From positions 11,966,001 through 12,030,000 of the forward strand of contig OZ024762.1 of the NCBI GenBank assembly GCA_964016885.1: a stretch of DNA of 64,000 nucleotides. The letters run 5' to 3'. Source of the stretch: Eledone cirrhosa. Taxonomy: Eukaryota. Within the stretch, counting starts at the first letter, position 1; every line of letters starts with the position of its first letter. The notes beneath the pieces are model-generated. The model ran no database searches. It was not told where the DNA came from and saw only the letters and a list, made by a program, of their open reading frames with translations. Position numbers and translations under genes: made by a program. Of this stretch, positions 1 to 13,173 are shown piece after piece.

Positions 1-655
1 CACACATATATAGACACATATACAAACACAGATATATATACACATATACACACACATATATAGACACATATATACAAACACACATATATATACACACACA
101 TATATATATAGACATATATATACACACACACATATAGACACACACACATACATATAGACAAACACACATATATATACACACACCCGCACACACATATACA
201 TGCACACACACACATACATACATACACATATACACATACACACACATATATATATATACATGCACACACACATATATATATACACATATATACACACATA
301 CACATATATACACACATACACATATACACACACATATATATATATATACATACATACACACAGCATGTCTTGATCAGTCTAAACCTGGCAGGGCCCATAT
401 CTCTCCAATACAGAACAACACTTTAACCACAAGACCACTAGACAATACACTTTCATTAAGATACATTTGGCTATTATTTCTAGCCTATCTAGTTGCCTGT
501 ATGTGGCTCCTCTAGTATTTATTTGATTATTTGGAGAACAAGGTAAACAGAAGATAATGGCTGCAGCCATGTTAACGTTATACTTCGTTGTCAACCAACA
601 ACATAATTAGTTAACAACTTTCATCAATAATTACTTAGTTGCACTAATGTCACCA

Positions 656-747
<92 letters not shown>

Positions 748-757
748 CGTGTGTATA

Positions 758-850
758 CAAGGTGTCACAAAAAAATGTATACACACTTCAACAACCTAAT
801 AAATATTGCCTGTACAGTTAAAGTGTGTATACATTTTGGGGAACACCTTG
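758..850. mobile_element. Short Tc1/mariner-type MITE (~95 bp)
   Basis: TIRs CAAGGTGTCACAAAAAAATGTATACACACTT / AAGTGTGTATACATTTTGGGGAACACCTTG flanked by TA on both sides; related copies at ~6229-6327, ~13915-13985, ~17383-17479 and a half copy at ~27562. Confidence 0.7.
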
Positions 851-897
851 TATGTATGTATATATATATATATATATATACATACATACAAGGTGTA

Positions 898-1215
898 TGG
901 TGTCAGGTCACCAGTTGGTGCTACTGGTAACATGTATCCCAGTACAACCTGTCTCATGGTCGGGTCGTTGGCGACTAAACTGGCAACCCCACCAAGGTTT
1001 CTTGGTGAGGAGGGTGACTTTGGACATCCTGCAGGACTAAAAACAAAACCTGTCAAAGGGCAAGGGAGCTCTTAAGAGTCAATAGCCATCCAAAATCACC
1101 GGGAGAGATGACCCCTTAGCCTTTGTCAAGGCAGAATTCTAGGAGAAGGAAAACTCTGATATAACACCTGCAATCCTGATGGTATCCAATGATGTTGACC
1201 TGTTCTTCTTTTTGG
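898..1215 (+). mobile_element. Interspersed repeat fragment resembling an RTE-type 5' UTR
   Basis: Segment AGAAGGAAAACTCTGAT...GACCTGTTCTTC recurs at ~21880-21945; family assignment is inference. Confidence 0.4.
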
Positions 1216-2065
1216 TAAATATCATCTTGGTTAAGAGAGTGGGACTGGCTTTGTGCAGTGCCTTTGCTCACTATAAAAGCTTCACAGCACAGGCATTGCT
1301 TTATATCTGGAGATCTCTCTGCACTTGTCATCACATGGTACCATGGGCCCTGCACTATGTGTCAATAATGGTCACAAGTGTAGTCTTTGTGCCAGAGTTT
1401 TCAAGTCGCTGGCTGGACTAAAGTCACATTCGTTCAGCGCATCGGTAGGGGTTCTCCTACATGGATATAAAGTAGTGGCCGTACTCGAAAACGAGTTGGC
1501 AGCCACCATATATATATATATACACACACACACACATTTCACATATATATACATATACACACACACACATATATATACATACACACATATATACATACAT
1601 ACATACACATATACATACACATACATATATACATACATACACACATACATACATACATACACATGTACACATACAAATAGATATACACACATACACATAT
1701 ATACACACACCTATATATTTATATACACACACACATATATATATAAATATATACATACACACATACAGACACATATATATACACATACATATGTACACGT
1801 ACACACACCACGAACACACAAAAAGTTAAGAAAAATTTGTCAGTAAAAAATTTGATTTTCTTTGGAATAATTGCTGACTTCTCAACAATGGGGTCAATGT
1901 TGTGAGGGGGGAGGGGTGACAAATAGAGACAGACAGAGAGAGGGTGAGAGAGAGACAAAGAGGGAGAGAGAGAGCGGGAGACACAGACATAGAGAGAGAG
2001 AGAGAGAGAGGAAGATAGACAGAGAGGGAGAGAGAGACAGAGAGGGAGAGAGAGAGACAGAGAGG

Positions 2066-2096
<31 letters not shown>

Positions 2097-2356
2097 GAAG
2101 AGAGATAGACAGAGAGGGAGAAAGACAGACAGAGAGAGGGAGAGAGAGAGTCAGACAGAGAGAGGGAGAGAGAGTCAGACAGAGAGGGAGAGAGAGACAC
2201 AGAAAGAGAGGGAGAGAGAGAGAAAGGAACTAAATAAAGTTAGTGATAGAAATTCTTAATAACTGATCACACTAACACATAAATACATATATATATATAC
2301 GTGTGTGTGTGTGAGAGCATCTGTGTGTATGTATGTATGTATATATATATATATAT

Positions 2357-2464
2357 AAATTATTAAAAAAATAATGAATAAACAAAGAAACAGTTCCTTA
2401 TATTAAAAAAATTTTAATATAAGGAACTGTTTCTTTGTTTATTCATTATTTTTTTAATAATTTA
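2357..2464. repeat. Near-perfect palindrome (~52-bp arms) at the edge of a (TA)n-embedded element
   Basis: TAAATTATTAAAAAAATAATGAATAAACAAAGAAACAGTTCCTTATATTAAAA followed directly by its reverse complement. Confidence 0.9.
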
Positions 2465-2591
2465 TCTTGACTCTGTTTTCCGTTTATTTTTCACCGAAAG
2501 TAGTTTTTGAATGCATCTCTTTTCATGATATCCGGATTACATTGAGTTCTTCATACGGATTGGACACTACCGTAAACTTTTGGTAGATTTA

Positions 2592-2638
<47 letters not shown>

Positions 2639-2693
2639 ATTTAAAACTGCACTATCCACAAGTGTTTTTTAGCCTTCATATCATGTTCTCCTG

Positions 2694-2760
2694 TTTTATC
2701 TGATGAAAACACAAATATTATTGCTTGATGATGTTTGTTTTTGAAATGCGCATAATAAAA
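2694..2760 (+). ncRNA. Type I hammerhead ribozyme motif (Penelope pLTR-like)
   Basis: Stem I TTTTAT/ATAAAA; core CTGATGA (2700-2706); 12-bp stem II with one mismatch; GAAA (2743-2746); minimal palindromic stem III T-GCGC-A; cleavage triplet AUA. The 10.1-11.1 pair is A-U instead of G-C. Confidence 0.65.
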
Positions 2761-2943
2761 TATATGGAACTCCTTTAACCATCTTTTGATCTTATATTAT
2801 GTATACTCCAGTCCCACAAACTGTAGAGTGCTTCTTATCCGATATCTGCATTGCTTTATTGTACTACAATAAAACTCACCTCCTACATATATATATATAT
2901 ATATATAAATGAAAGGTATAGAAAATATTGTAGCAAAAAGCCA

Positions 2944-2975
<32 letters not shown>

Positions 2976-3024
2976 ATAATATATATGGAAACTATATTTA
3001 TAAAACCATATTTATTCTATTTTA

Positions 3025-3081
3025 TTCTATTATATATATTTCAAGGGTATTAAAATTTTGGTACGCTATCATCAGATAAAA
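3025..3081 (-). ncRNA. Degenerate type I hammerhead ribozyme motif, same family
   Basis: Minus strand reads TTTTAT-CTGATGA-tagcgtac...ataccctt-GAAA-TATATA-TA-ATAGAA; stem II partly disrupted. Confidence 0.55.
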
Positions 3082-3109
3082 TACGAAATGTTTTATAAAT
3101 GTTGACATA

Positions 3110-3140
<31 letters not shown>

Positions 3141-3389
3141 AAAAATTAAGGAGCCCAACAGCAGGAGCTCAGCCGTCTGGGGTTCCCGAAGTTTTCATAT
3201 CACCCACTCTACTACCCCCAGTATTGAGTACTCTGGTGAGTAATGGTCTATACAAATAACAAATATATACATATATATACACTAACAAATAGCACACATG
3301 TATACATAAGAAAAGATGTACATAGAAACGTAGATACATACATCTTGCTGGCTGTGTAGTGCCTTGATAACTGGGTCACACTGAGTAAC

Positions 3390-3781
3390 ATATATACCTA
3401 CACACACATATATATATAGAGAGAGACAGACACACACACACGCACACATATATATATATAGAGAGAGACACACACACATATATATAGAGAGAGAGAGAGA
3501 GAGACACACACACATACATACATACATATATATATATAGAGAGAGAGACACACACACATACATACATACATATATATAGAGAGAGAGACACACACACAGA
3601 CACACATATATATATATATAGAGAGAGACACACACACACACATATATATAGAGAGAGAGAGACACACACACATACATACATACATATATAGAGAGACACA
3701 CACACATATATATATATAGAGAGAGAGAGACACACACACACACACGCACACATATATATATATAGAGAGAGACACACACAC

Positions 3782-3816
<35 letters not shown>

Positions 3817-3955
3817 CACACACACATACATACATATATATATATATATATAGAGAGAGAGACACACACACATACATACATACATATATATATATATAGA
3901 GAGAGACACACACACAGACACACATATATATATAGAGAGAGAGACACACACACAC

Positions 3956-4020
<65 letters not shown>

Positions 4021-4290
4021 TACATATAGAGAGAGAGAGACACACACACATACATACATATATATATAGAGAGAGACACACACACATATATATATAGAGA
4101 GAGAGAGACACACACACACATATATATATATATAGAGAGAGAGACACACACACACACACATACATACATATATATATAGAGAGACACACACATATATATA
4201 TAGAGAGAGAGACACACACACACATATATATATAGAGAGAGAGAGAGACACACACACATATATATATATAGAGAGAGAGAGACACAGAGA
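3390..4290. repeat. Compound (CA)n(TA)n(GA)n microsatellite array
   Basis: Directly visible; source of three spurious ~300-aa ORFs. Confidence 0.95.
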
Positions 4291-4502
4291 TTAATCCTTT
4301 CATGGTCACATTTCTAATGAAATATATTCTGTTTTAATTAATTATTGAAGAATGTTGAGTGATTTACTAAAATTATTAATTATTTCATTACTAAGTAACT
4401 TAATGTAAGGTTCTTATATAAAATTATGTTGGAGTGATTTACTAAAATTATTAATTATTTCATTACTAAGATAGTAATTTAGTGTAGGGTTCTTTATAAA
4501 AT

Positions 4503-4692
4503 TATTGTTTCTACGTTAGGCACAAGGCCAGCAATTACCCAGTGTATTACTGGTACTTTATTTTATCGACCCCGTAAGGATGAAAGGCAAAGTTAACCTC
4601 AGCGGGATTTGAACTCAGAATGGCAAGGGCCGTAACTCTATGCGTCAAAGCATGGCGTCCGACCCTCTACTAATACTGCCAATCCACCGCCA
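4503..4692 (-). mobile_element. tRNA-derived SINE, family 1 (~190 bp)
   Basis: Minus strand shows B-box-like GAGTTCAAATCCC, central GCCTTTCATCCTTACGGGGTCGATAAAATAAAGTACCAG and an AT-rich tail; many copies in the window. Confidence 0.85.
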
Positions 4693-5111
4693 CTTTATAA
4701 AATTATGAGAGCCCTTTAGTTGTCAACAAATGTAGTAACTCCTGCAACATTTTCACACATATATATTTCATACACAAACACGTGTTGATAGGAAGGTAAC
4801 CCTAATGGAATATGAACTGAATACGAAGAGTAAATACTACACAGGTATTCCACTGTCCTTGTCCTGTGGCCACACATGATCTTCACACTTTGATACCAAA
4901 CCTTACATGATTTTACAGTGTTTTAACCCTTTAGCATTTAAATCGGCCGTAATCGGACAGAACTCTCTCACCTCTTTCTGTTCAAACTGGCTGTAACTGG
5001 CCACTTATACTGACGTTAAGGTATTGTTCTCAAAATAAATAACATCGAAATCTCGTAGATTCCATATTATGTGAGATAATTATGTAAGGTAAAGACATTA
5101 CCACAAGAAAT

Positions 5112-5716
5112 GAGACTGTCCAGGTGTGACATGGAGTAGAGAGACTGTCCAGGTGTGACATGGAATAGAGACTCACTGTCCAGGTGTTGTGGTGTGACAT
5201 GGAGTAGAGAGACTGTCCAGGTGTGACATGGAATAGAGACTCACTGTCCAGGTGTTGTGGTGTGACATGGAGTAGAGAGACTGTCCAGGTGTGACATGGA
5301 ATAGAGACTCACTGTCCAGGTGTTGTGGTGTGACATGGAGTAGAGAGACTGTCCAGGTGTGACATGGAATAGAGACTCACTGTCCAGGTGTTGTGGTGTG
5401 ACATGGAGTAGAGAGACTGTCCAGGTGTGACATGGAATAGAGACTCACTGTCCAGGTGTTGTGGTGTGACATGGAGTAGAGAGACTGTCCAGGTGTGACA
5501 TGGAATAGAGACTCACTGTCCAGGTGTTGTGGTGTGACATGGAGTAGAGAGACTGTCCAGGTGTGACATGGAATAGAGACTCACTGTCCAGGTGTTGTGG
5601 TGTGACATGGAGTAGAGAGACTGTCCAGGTGTGACATGGAATAGAGACTCACTGTCCAGGTGTTGTGGTGTGACATGGAGTAGAGAGACTGTCCAGGTGT
5701 TGTGGGGTGACATGGA
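5112..5716. repeat. 68-bp tandem repeat (~8.5 copies)
   Basis: Unit GAGACTGTCCAGGTGTGACATGGAATAGAGACTCACTGTCCAGGTGTTGTGGTGTGACATGGAGTAGA, built from two related subunits. Confidence 0.95.
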
Positions 5717-6482
5717 ATCAAAGATGTTAAGAATCTCAGGTGTAAACAGACTCACCCTAGTTGCTCAGTCTCTCAGCTTTCATCTTTCATCAGAAGTGAT
5801 ATCCCTACGCATCCACCCACTACTTCCCATCCTGACTGTGTTGCTATGGCAACAGTTTCTACTTAAGAACTTGTAAAGCCAGACAGGATGAATGAATGTA
5901 AACCATTTCCTAAGAGACTGTGCCAAGAGTTGACCAATTACCAAAGCTTTTAACATTCTTCAACACTGTTTTCCTCTACTTCACATATGTTACATAGAAC
6001 ATAGTAATAAATTAGAATGGTCACACATATACATATAGTAAGCATGGCATGGAGGAAACTATATACTGTGGCATTCGTGCCTTTCCCAAGGAAACAAAAA
6101 TTATTTGAGAATAGAAGTTACAATTTCTATTTATTTTAAAAATATTTTTTCAATCCCTTTCTTCAATTACAATTATTTAATTACACCTTGTTCATTGGAT
6201 CAGCTTCTTTTACATTCACTTCCATATGCAGGGTGTCCCCCAAAAATGTATACACATTTTCATTACCTGTATAGATAATATTTATTAGAATTGAGTTGAA
6301 GCATGTATATATATTTTTGGGACACCCTTTAGAGAGGCTTGTGGGATTTTGCTGACTTATTCTATATATTTTTAAATACCATCGTGGGCCTATTTCACAG
6401 GCTCAAGAGGTTTTCCATGGGTGTATTTGCTGGGAATAAAGGACACAGGCAATACTAAAATAGCCCCCTTCTTCTTCTTCTC

Positions 6483-6770
6483 TCACTTATTCCTGAGAGG
6501 GTTGTGGGAGGCCAGTGTCCTCAAACACTCCTTCCAGCAAAATCGACTAGATCCCCAAGCATTACCAGCCAAGTTCATGGATGTTATCCAACCATCTTGC
6601 TCAGGATTTACCCCTGAGTCTCCTGCCGGTTGGTTTTGTCTGTAAAATCTGTCCAGTGATTCTTTCCTCAGACAGTCTAACCACATGTCCATAGTATCGG
6701 AGCTGTGATCTCTCAATTCAGAGAATTAGTGGCTCTACCTGGACTGACTCTCTGATCTCTGAGTCCCACC
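6483..6770 (-). mobile_element. Degenerate RTE-clade LINE ORF 3' fragment
   Basis: Minus frame IERSQLRYYGHVVRLSEERITGQILQTKPTGRRLRG..RWLDNI matches the RTE C-terminal LRWFGHVxRM...G.RPRGRP..RW motif; related copy on + at ~20595-20810. Confidence 0.7.
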
Positions 6771-7199
6771 TCAGCCCCCCCAAAAAATATTCTGCAACAG
6801 TTCTATATATTAGTTTCTAAATTAGGCACAAGGCCAGAAATATTTTATAGACATTTCCCCTCCCTATTAAATATAAAAACATGTCTGATGTTTAAAATAT
6901 ATAACCTATTTATTATTATATTTCTAATGAAAGAAACAAACTATTTACAAATAATTTTGAAAATAATCAAAAATTTGAAGGGATTTAATAATATAACTAA
7001 CTTTCTCATTATTAAACTGTTTTTTGGAGCATAACTAACCCTTTCATTATGATATTCAACTTAACAAAAGCTCTTACATTAAATTATGATGGAAGGGCTT
7101 TAGATAAATATAAACATTTTAACCCTTTCGTTATTTCTAATTAAAGAAACTGCCAATGGTTTTCAAATAATTTTGAAGAAAAAAAGATAATGATTTATA

Positions 7200-7503
7200 A
7201 TTTAGGCAGAAGGTCAGTAATTTTTTGGGGAAGGGTCACGTTGATTATGTAAACCCTAATGATGGACTGGTAATTAACTTAATTGAGCCCTGAAAAATGA
7301 AAGGCAAAGTTGACCTCGGTGGCATTTGAACTCAGACCGCAAAGAGCCAGTAACAAACAGCACACCGCCAAGCATTTTGTCCTGACACTTTTTATCATTA
7401 TTTACCATCCGAGGTTGACTTTGCCTTTCATCCTTACGGGGTCGATAAAATAAAGTATCAGTAATGCACTGGGTAATTGCCGGCCTTGTGCCAAAAGTAG
7501 AAA
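7200..7503. mobile_element. Inverted pair of family-1 SINE fragments
   Basis: Minus copy ~7200-7385 and 5'-truncated plus copy ~7408-7503. Confidence 0.7.
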
Positions 7504-8074
7504 AAAATATTTTATTGTGAAAACATCGTTGTTGTTGTCAGCAGATTGTCAGAATCTAACGAATCTGACAATCTACTGTGTGTGTGTGTGTCCAGCAGTA
7601 TAGTTCCCTAAACTCTCATCAATGTAGCCCCCAAGACACCACAAATCCCATATATATATATATATATAGGAAAAGAGTCAGGACCCCGAGGGCTGAGCTC
7701 CGGTCGTTTCGACAGCTAGTTCTGAACTCTTTTTCCTATTACCCACTCTACTACCCATAGTATCGAGTACTCTGGTGGGTTATGGTCCACCTGGTTCCTT
7801 ACCACACTTCCTTCGTTATATATATATATATGTATATATATACATACACACACACATATATTATTAACAATTCTAACAACGATGTTTTCACAATGTTTGC
7901 CGGTATAGAGTTACCTTTCTTTAATTCTACTTCCGTATTTAATGGTGACGATGACAATAAAGAGAGATATTTATTTGTTAGTTACATGAAACTAATTCAC
8001 ACACGTCCTTACCGTAACCAGTCAATGATATGGGAAAAAATACAATGACTTAGACATTAAATGGAAATTAAATT

Positions 8075-8790
8075 CACAGCTCACACCGCCACGAAGGTTT
8101 AGCAGGCCTCCTAGTAGATTATATATTATACGGGCTTTTTTAGTATTTTATCAACAGGGACCCCGTATCCTATCATATTGCTGTTACAGCTCACACCGCC
8201 AAGAAGGTTTAGAGGGCTTCCTAGTAGAGGGTTTCTTTGTTGTTTTATCAATAGGGATCCCGTGTCCTGTCATGTTATTGTTACAGCTCCCACCTATGTA
8301 GGTTTAGCTGGCCTCCTAGTAGATTAAATATCATGGGGTTAAATTCTTTGGGGTTTTATCAACAGGGACCCTGTGATCTATCATTATTACAGCTCACACC
8401 TATGAAGGTTTAGCTGGTTTCCTTCGAGTTTACATATTAAACGGGGTTTATTTGGGTTTTTTTTCAATATGGGTCCCGTGTACTGTCAGATTGTTGTTAC
8501 AGCTAACAAATATGAAGGTTTAGCTGGCCTCTTAATAGATTACATCTTATTGGGGATTTCTTTTGTGTTTTAACAAGAGGGGTCGCGTGCCCTATCATGT
8601 TGTTACAGCTCACCGCTATGAAGGTTTAGCTGGCCTCCTACTACTTTACATGTTATTGGGGTTTTCTTTATTGTTTTATCGATAGGGACCCCGAATCCTT
8701 TCATTGTGTTGTTACAGCTAACCCCTATGTACGTTTAAGCGGGTTTCCTTCCAGTTTACATCATATAAGAGGGGTTCTCGAGGGTTTCAT
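8075..8790. repeat. Degenerate ~110-120-bp tandem repeat (~6-7 copies)
   Basis: Recurring GTTACAGCTCACACC...GAAGGTTTAGCTGGCCTCCTAGTAGATT...TTTTATCAACAGGGACCC. Confidence 0.85.
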
Positions 8791-9323
8791 TTTACTGTCT
8801 ATCATATCGGACGCTATAATACACGTACACCCAGGACTACATTATCAAAATATGTTGCTCCGCCCTGCCAAGACGATTTAATGGAGATCCGGCTGTTATT
8901 GCTAGCAAGTCGAGCAACAACACAACGGATCTCTTGATGTGTGAGATTTTATTATGAAGTGAAGACATTTACGCTGAAAGTGCATTGGATGGTTTAAACA
9001 CACAAGTGTGTATATATATATATATATATATATAAAAGACGAAAAATAAGAAAATTATAAAAATTAACTTACTTAATTTATAATTTTCTTATTTTACGTC
9101 TTTCATATAATTGTTCTGCATCCCCTTGCATTGAACCACAAAGTTACTAAGACGAAACCTATATATTTGCTAGCATAGGTATGCATCTGTATATATATGT
9201 TGGTAGATATAATAATTCTTTATATATATATAAAACTATTTGTGTATGTATGTATATATATATATATATGTTGGTAGATATAATAATTCTTTATATATAT
9301 ATAAAACTATTTGTGTATGTATA

Positions 9324-9358
<35 letters not shown>

Positions 9359-10039
9359 CTAAGTGTATATATATATATATCGCGGTTTTGAGTCAGTGAG
9401 TCCAGGCAAAGTCTGACGTGTACAAAAATCTTACATCAATAACAATAGTACAATATATATAGACATACAACACCTATATCCCACCTGACGTAAACACCTG
9501 CCCTCAATCAACCAAACGCCAATTCCTCTCGCCCCCACCACCTCACTCTATATATCTATCTATCTATCTATCTATCTATCATACATACAAACATACTTTG
9601 TTTGTCTCTCTCTCTCTCTCTCTCTCTCTCTTTATCTCATACATACAAACACTATCTCTTTCTCTCTATCTCATACACACAAACACTCTCTCTCTCTCTC
9701 TCTCTCTCTCATACATACAAACACTATCTCTTTCTCTCTATCTCATACATACAAACACTATCTCTCTCTCTCATACATACAAACAGAATCTCTGTCTGTC
9801 TATCTCGCATACACACACACACTTTTCTCCATCCCTCTCCTTGACGAAAGACAAGCGACAGAAACGTGAAATTCTTTCAATCAATTCTACTACAGAAGAC
9901 CAAACAAACGTCTAAATTGTATCGTTATTCTGCGGCCTCAAATGAGATAAAACTCAAACTCAACTATAGATTTCCACGTAGGTGTAATGTGTCAATCATA
10001 ACATTGCCTAGATCCTGAACATAAATCAATACTAGAGTC

Positions 10040-10322
10040 TCCAACTATGACATCTGGATAGGGGAGCTTGTGACCTCTTTGGGTTTTGACAGATGTTAGA
10101 TCGCAACCTCTACGTAGATTGAATCTCTGGCTATGACAGCTGGAGAGATCTTGTCATCTTTTTGGGGTTTTGACAGATGTTAGATTCCAACATCTACGTA
10201 GATTGAATCTCTGGCTGTGACATCTGGATACATCTTGTCATCTTTTGGGGTTTTGAAAGATGTTAGATTCTAACATCTACGTAGATTGAATCTCTGGCTA
10301 TGACAACTGGATACATCTTGCT
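10040..10322. repeat. ~80-bp tandem repeat (~3.5 copies)
   Basis: Recurring GGGTTTTGACAGATGTTAGAT...TCTACGTAGATTGAATCTCTGGCTATGACA. Confidence 0.85.
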
Positions 10323-10324
10323 AG

Positions 10325-10575
10325 ATGTTCGTTTCCAAAGCATCAAAGGTGACCCAGCTTCGTTTGAGATGCGATGACAATAGCTTGAAAATCACAATCT
10401 CGTTTTGCACAATATCAGAAATACGAGGGAGAAAACCATCGCATATTCTTCTAAAAGTCTTCCTTATGTTGCTTCCAGCTTATGTCTTGAGCCAGACGAA
10501 ACAAAGATGTACCTATGTATGTATATGTCCCATTGTGGTGCTTTCGTTGTTAAACCATTCCTCTCATCGCATCAT
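10325..10575 (-). mobile_element. Highly degenerate RTE-like LINE fragment
   Basis: Minus-strand remnants QDISWKQH, LPRISDIV, CHR, LWK parallel the fragment at 29362-29760. Confidence 0.5.
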
Positions 10576-10617
10576 ACACTAGCCAGGCTAGACTCTGGGC
10601 CGTGGTCTGACATCTCC

Positions 10618-12462
10618 CCCTTTTTTTTTAAAGACGATAGAATGTGATCCTTGCGGTAGATCTAACACCCATTTACACATACATACATACAGGAACACAT
10701 ACAGACACATATGATGGCTGCAAACTCTGCTAAGAGTACACCTTTTTTTTTTAAAGACGATAGAATGTGATCCTTACGGTAGATCTAACACCCATTTACA
10801 CATACATACATACAGGAACACATACAGACACATATGATGGCTGCAAACTCTGCTAAGAGTACACCTTTTTTTTTAAAAGACGATAGAATGTGATCCTTAC
10901 GGTAGATCTAACACCCATTTACACATACATACATACAGGAACACATACAGACACATATGATGGCTGCAAACTTTGCTAAGAGTACACCTTTTTTTTTTAA
11001 AGACGATAGAATGTGATCCTTACGGTAGATCTAACACCCATTTACACATACATACATACAGGAACACATACAGACACATATGATGGCTGCAAACTCTGCT
11101 AAGAGTACACCTTTTTTTTTAAAAGACGATAGAATGTGATCCTTACGGTAGATCTAACACCCATTTACACATACATACATACAGGAACACATACAGACAC
11201 ATATGATGGCTGCAAACTCTGCTAAGAGTACACCTTTTTTTTAAAAAGACGATAGAATGTGATCCTTACGGTAGATCTAACACCCATTTACACATACATA
11301 CATACAGGAACACATACAGACACATATGATGGCTGCAAACTCTGCTAAGAGTACACCTTTTTTTTAAAAAGACGATAGAATGTGATCCTTACGGTAGATC
11401 TAACACCCATTTACACATACATACATACAGGAACACATACAGACACATATGATGGCTGCAAACTCTGCTAAGAGTACACCTTTTTTTTAAAAAGACGATA
11501 GAATGTGATCCTTACGGTAGATCTAACACCCATTTACACATACATACATACAGGAACACATACAGACACATATGATGGCTGCAAACTCTGCTAAGAGTAC
11601 ACCTTTTTTTTTTAAAGACGATAGAATGTGATCCTTACGGTAGATCTAACACCCATTTACACATACATACATACAGGAACACATACAGACACATATGATG
11701 GCTGCAAACTCTGCTAAGAGTACACCTTTTTTTTTAAAAGACGATAGAATGTGATCCTTACGGTAGATCTAACACCCATTTACACATACATACATACAGG
11801 AACACATACAGACACATATGATGGCTGCAAACTTTGCTAAGAGTACACCTTTTTTTTTTAAAGACGATAGAATGTGATCCTTACGGTAGATCTAACACCC
11901 ATTTACACATACATACATACAGGAACACATACAGACACATATGATGGCTGCAAACTCTGCTAAGAGTACACCTTTTTTTTAAAAAGACGATAGAATGTGA
12001 TCCTTACGGTAGATCTAACACCCATTTACACATACATACATACAGGAACACATACAGACACATATGATGGCTGCAAACTCTGCTAAGAGTACACCTTTTT
12101 TTTAAAAAGACGATAGAATGTGATCCTTACGGTAGATCTAACACCCATTTACACATACATACATACAGGAACACATACAGACACATATGATGGCTGCAAA
12201 CTCTGCTAAGAGTACACCTTTTTTTTAAAAAGACGATAGAATGTGATCCTTACGGTAGATCTAACACCCATTTACACATACATACATACAGGAACACATA
12301 CAGACACATATGATGGCTGCAAACTCTGCTAAGAGTACACCTTTTTTTTAAAAAGACGATAGAATGTGATCCTTACGGTAGATCTAACACCCATTTACAC
12401 ATACATACATACAGGAACACATACAGACACATATGATGGCTGCAAACTCTGCTAAGAGTACA
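10618..12462. repeat. Highly homogeneous ~123-bp tandem array (15 copies)
   Basis: Unit T(7-10)A(3-5)GACGATAGAATGTGATCCTTACGGTAGATCTAACACCC...GCTAAGAGTACACC; variation almost only in the T/A run. Confidence 0.97.
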
Positions 12463-12746
12463 GCCATCGCTTGTAAGATTATAGAGTTTGGTGCACCTTT
12501 CAGCTACGGCCAGCCACACGAACCTGTAACATATCCTAAACAAGCAATGCCTGTACTTTGAAAGTTTCTTTTAAGCGGGGGAAGGTCTTGCAGTCGCCAA
12601 TCATGAGCATCGAAACAACGCTACCAGAAAAGGAGAACTGGTCAACATCATCGGCTGCTTCCGAAGCCGCAGGTTTTTTTTCCAGAGTTTCCCTCTCTTA
12701 GAAAGGTGTTGTGACAACAACATATATATACACACACGAACACACA

Positions 12747-12805
<59 letters not shown>

Positions 12806-12893
12806 CAACACACATGTATATATACAAACACACGAACACACATGTATATATACAAACACACGAACACACATGTATATATATACAAACACACGA

Positions 12894-12934
<41 letters not shown>

Positions 12935-13117
12935 CACACTCACGAACACGTATATATACACACACACGAACACATGTATATATGCATACACACGAACGAA
13001 CACATATATATATACACACACACACACGAACACACATGCATATATACACACACGAACACACACACATATATACACACACGAACACACACACACACATACA
13101 CACACACACACATACGA

Positions 13118-13173
<56 letters not shown>

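Noticed and set aside
5750-5900. Minus-strand donor-like GG|GTGAGT at 5754 and a TGATGA...CTGA pair as an exon or C/D snoRNA
   Set aside because: All three frames have nearby stops; C-D spacing is only ~30 nt with no terminal stem
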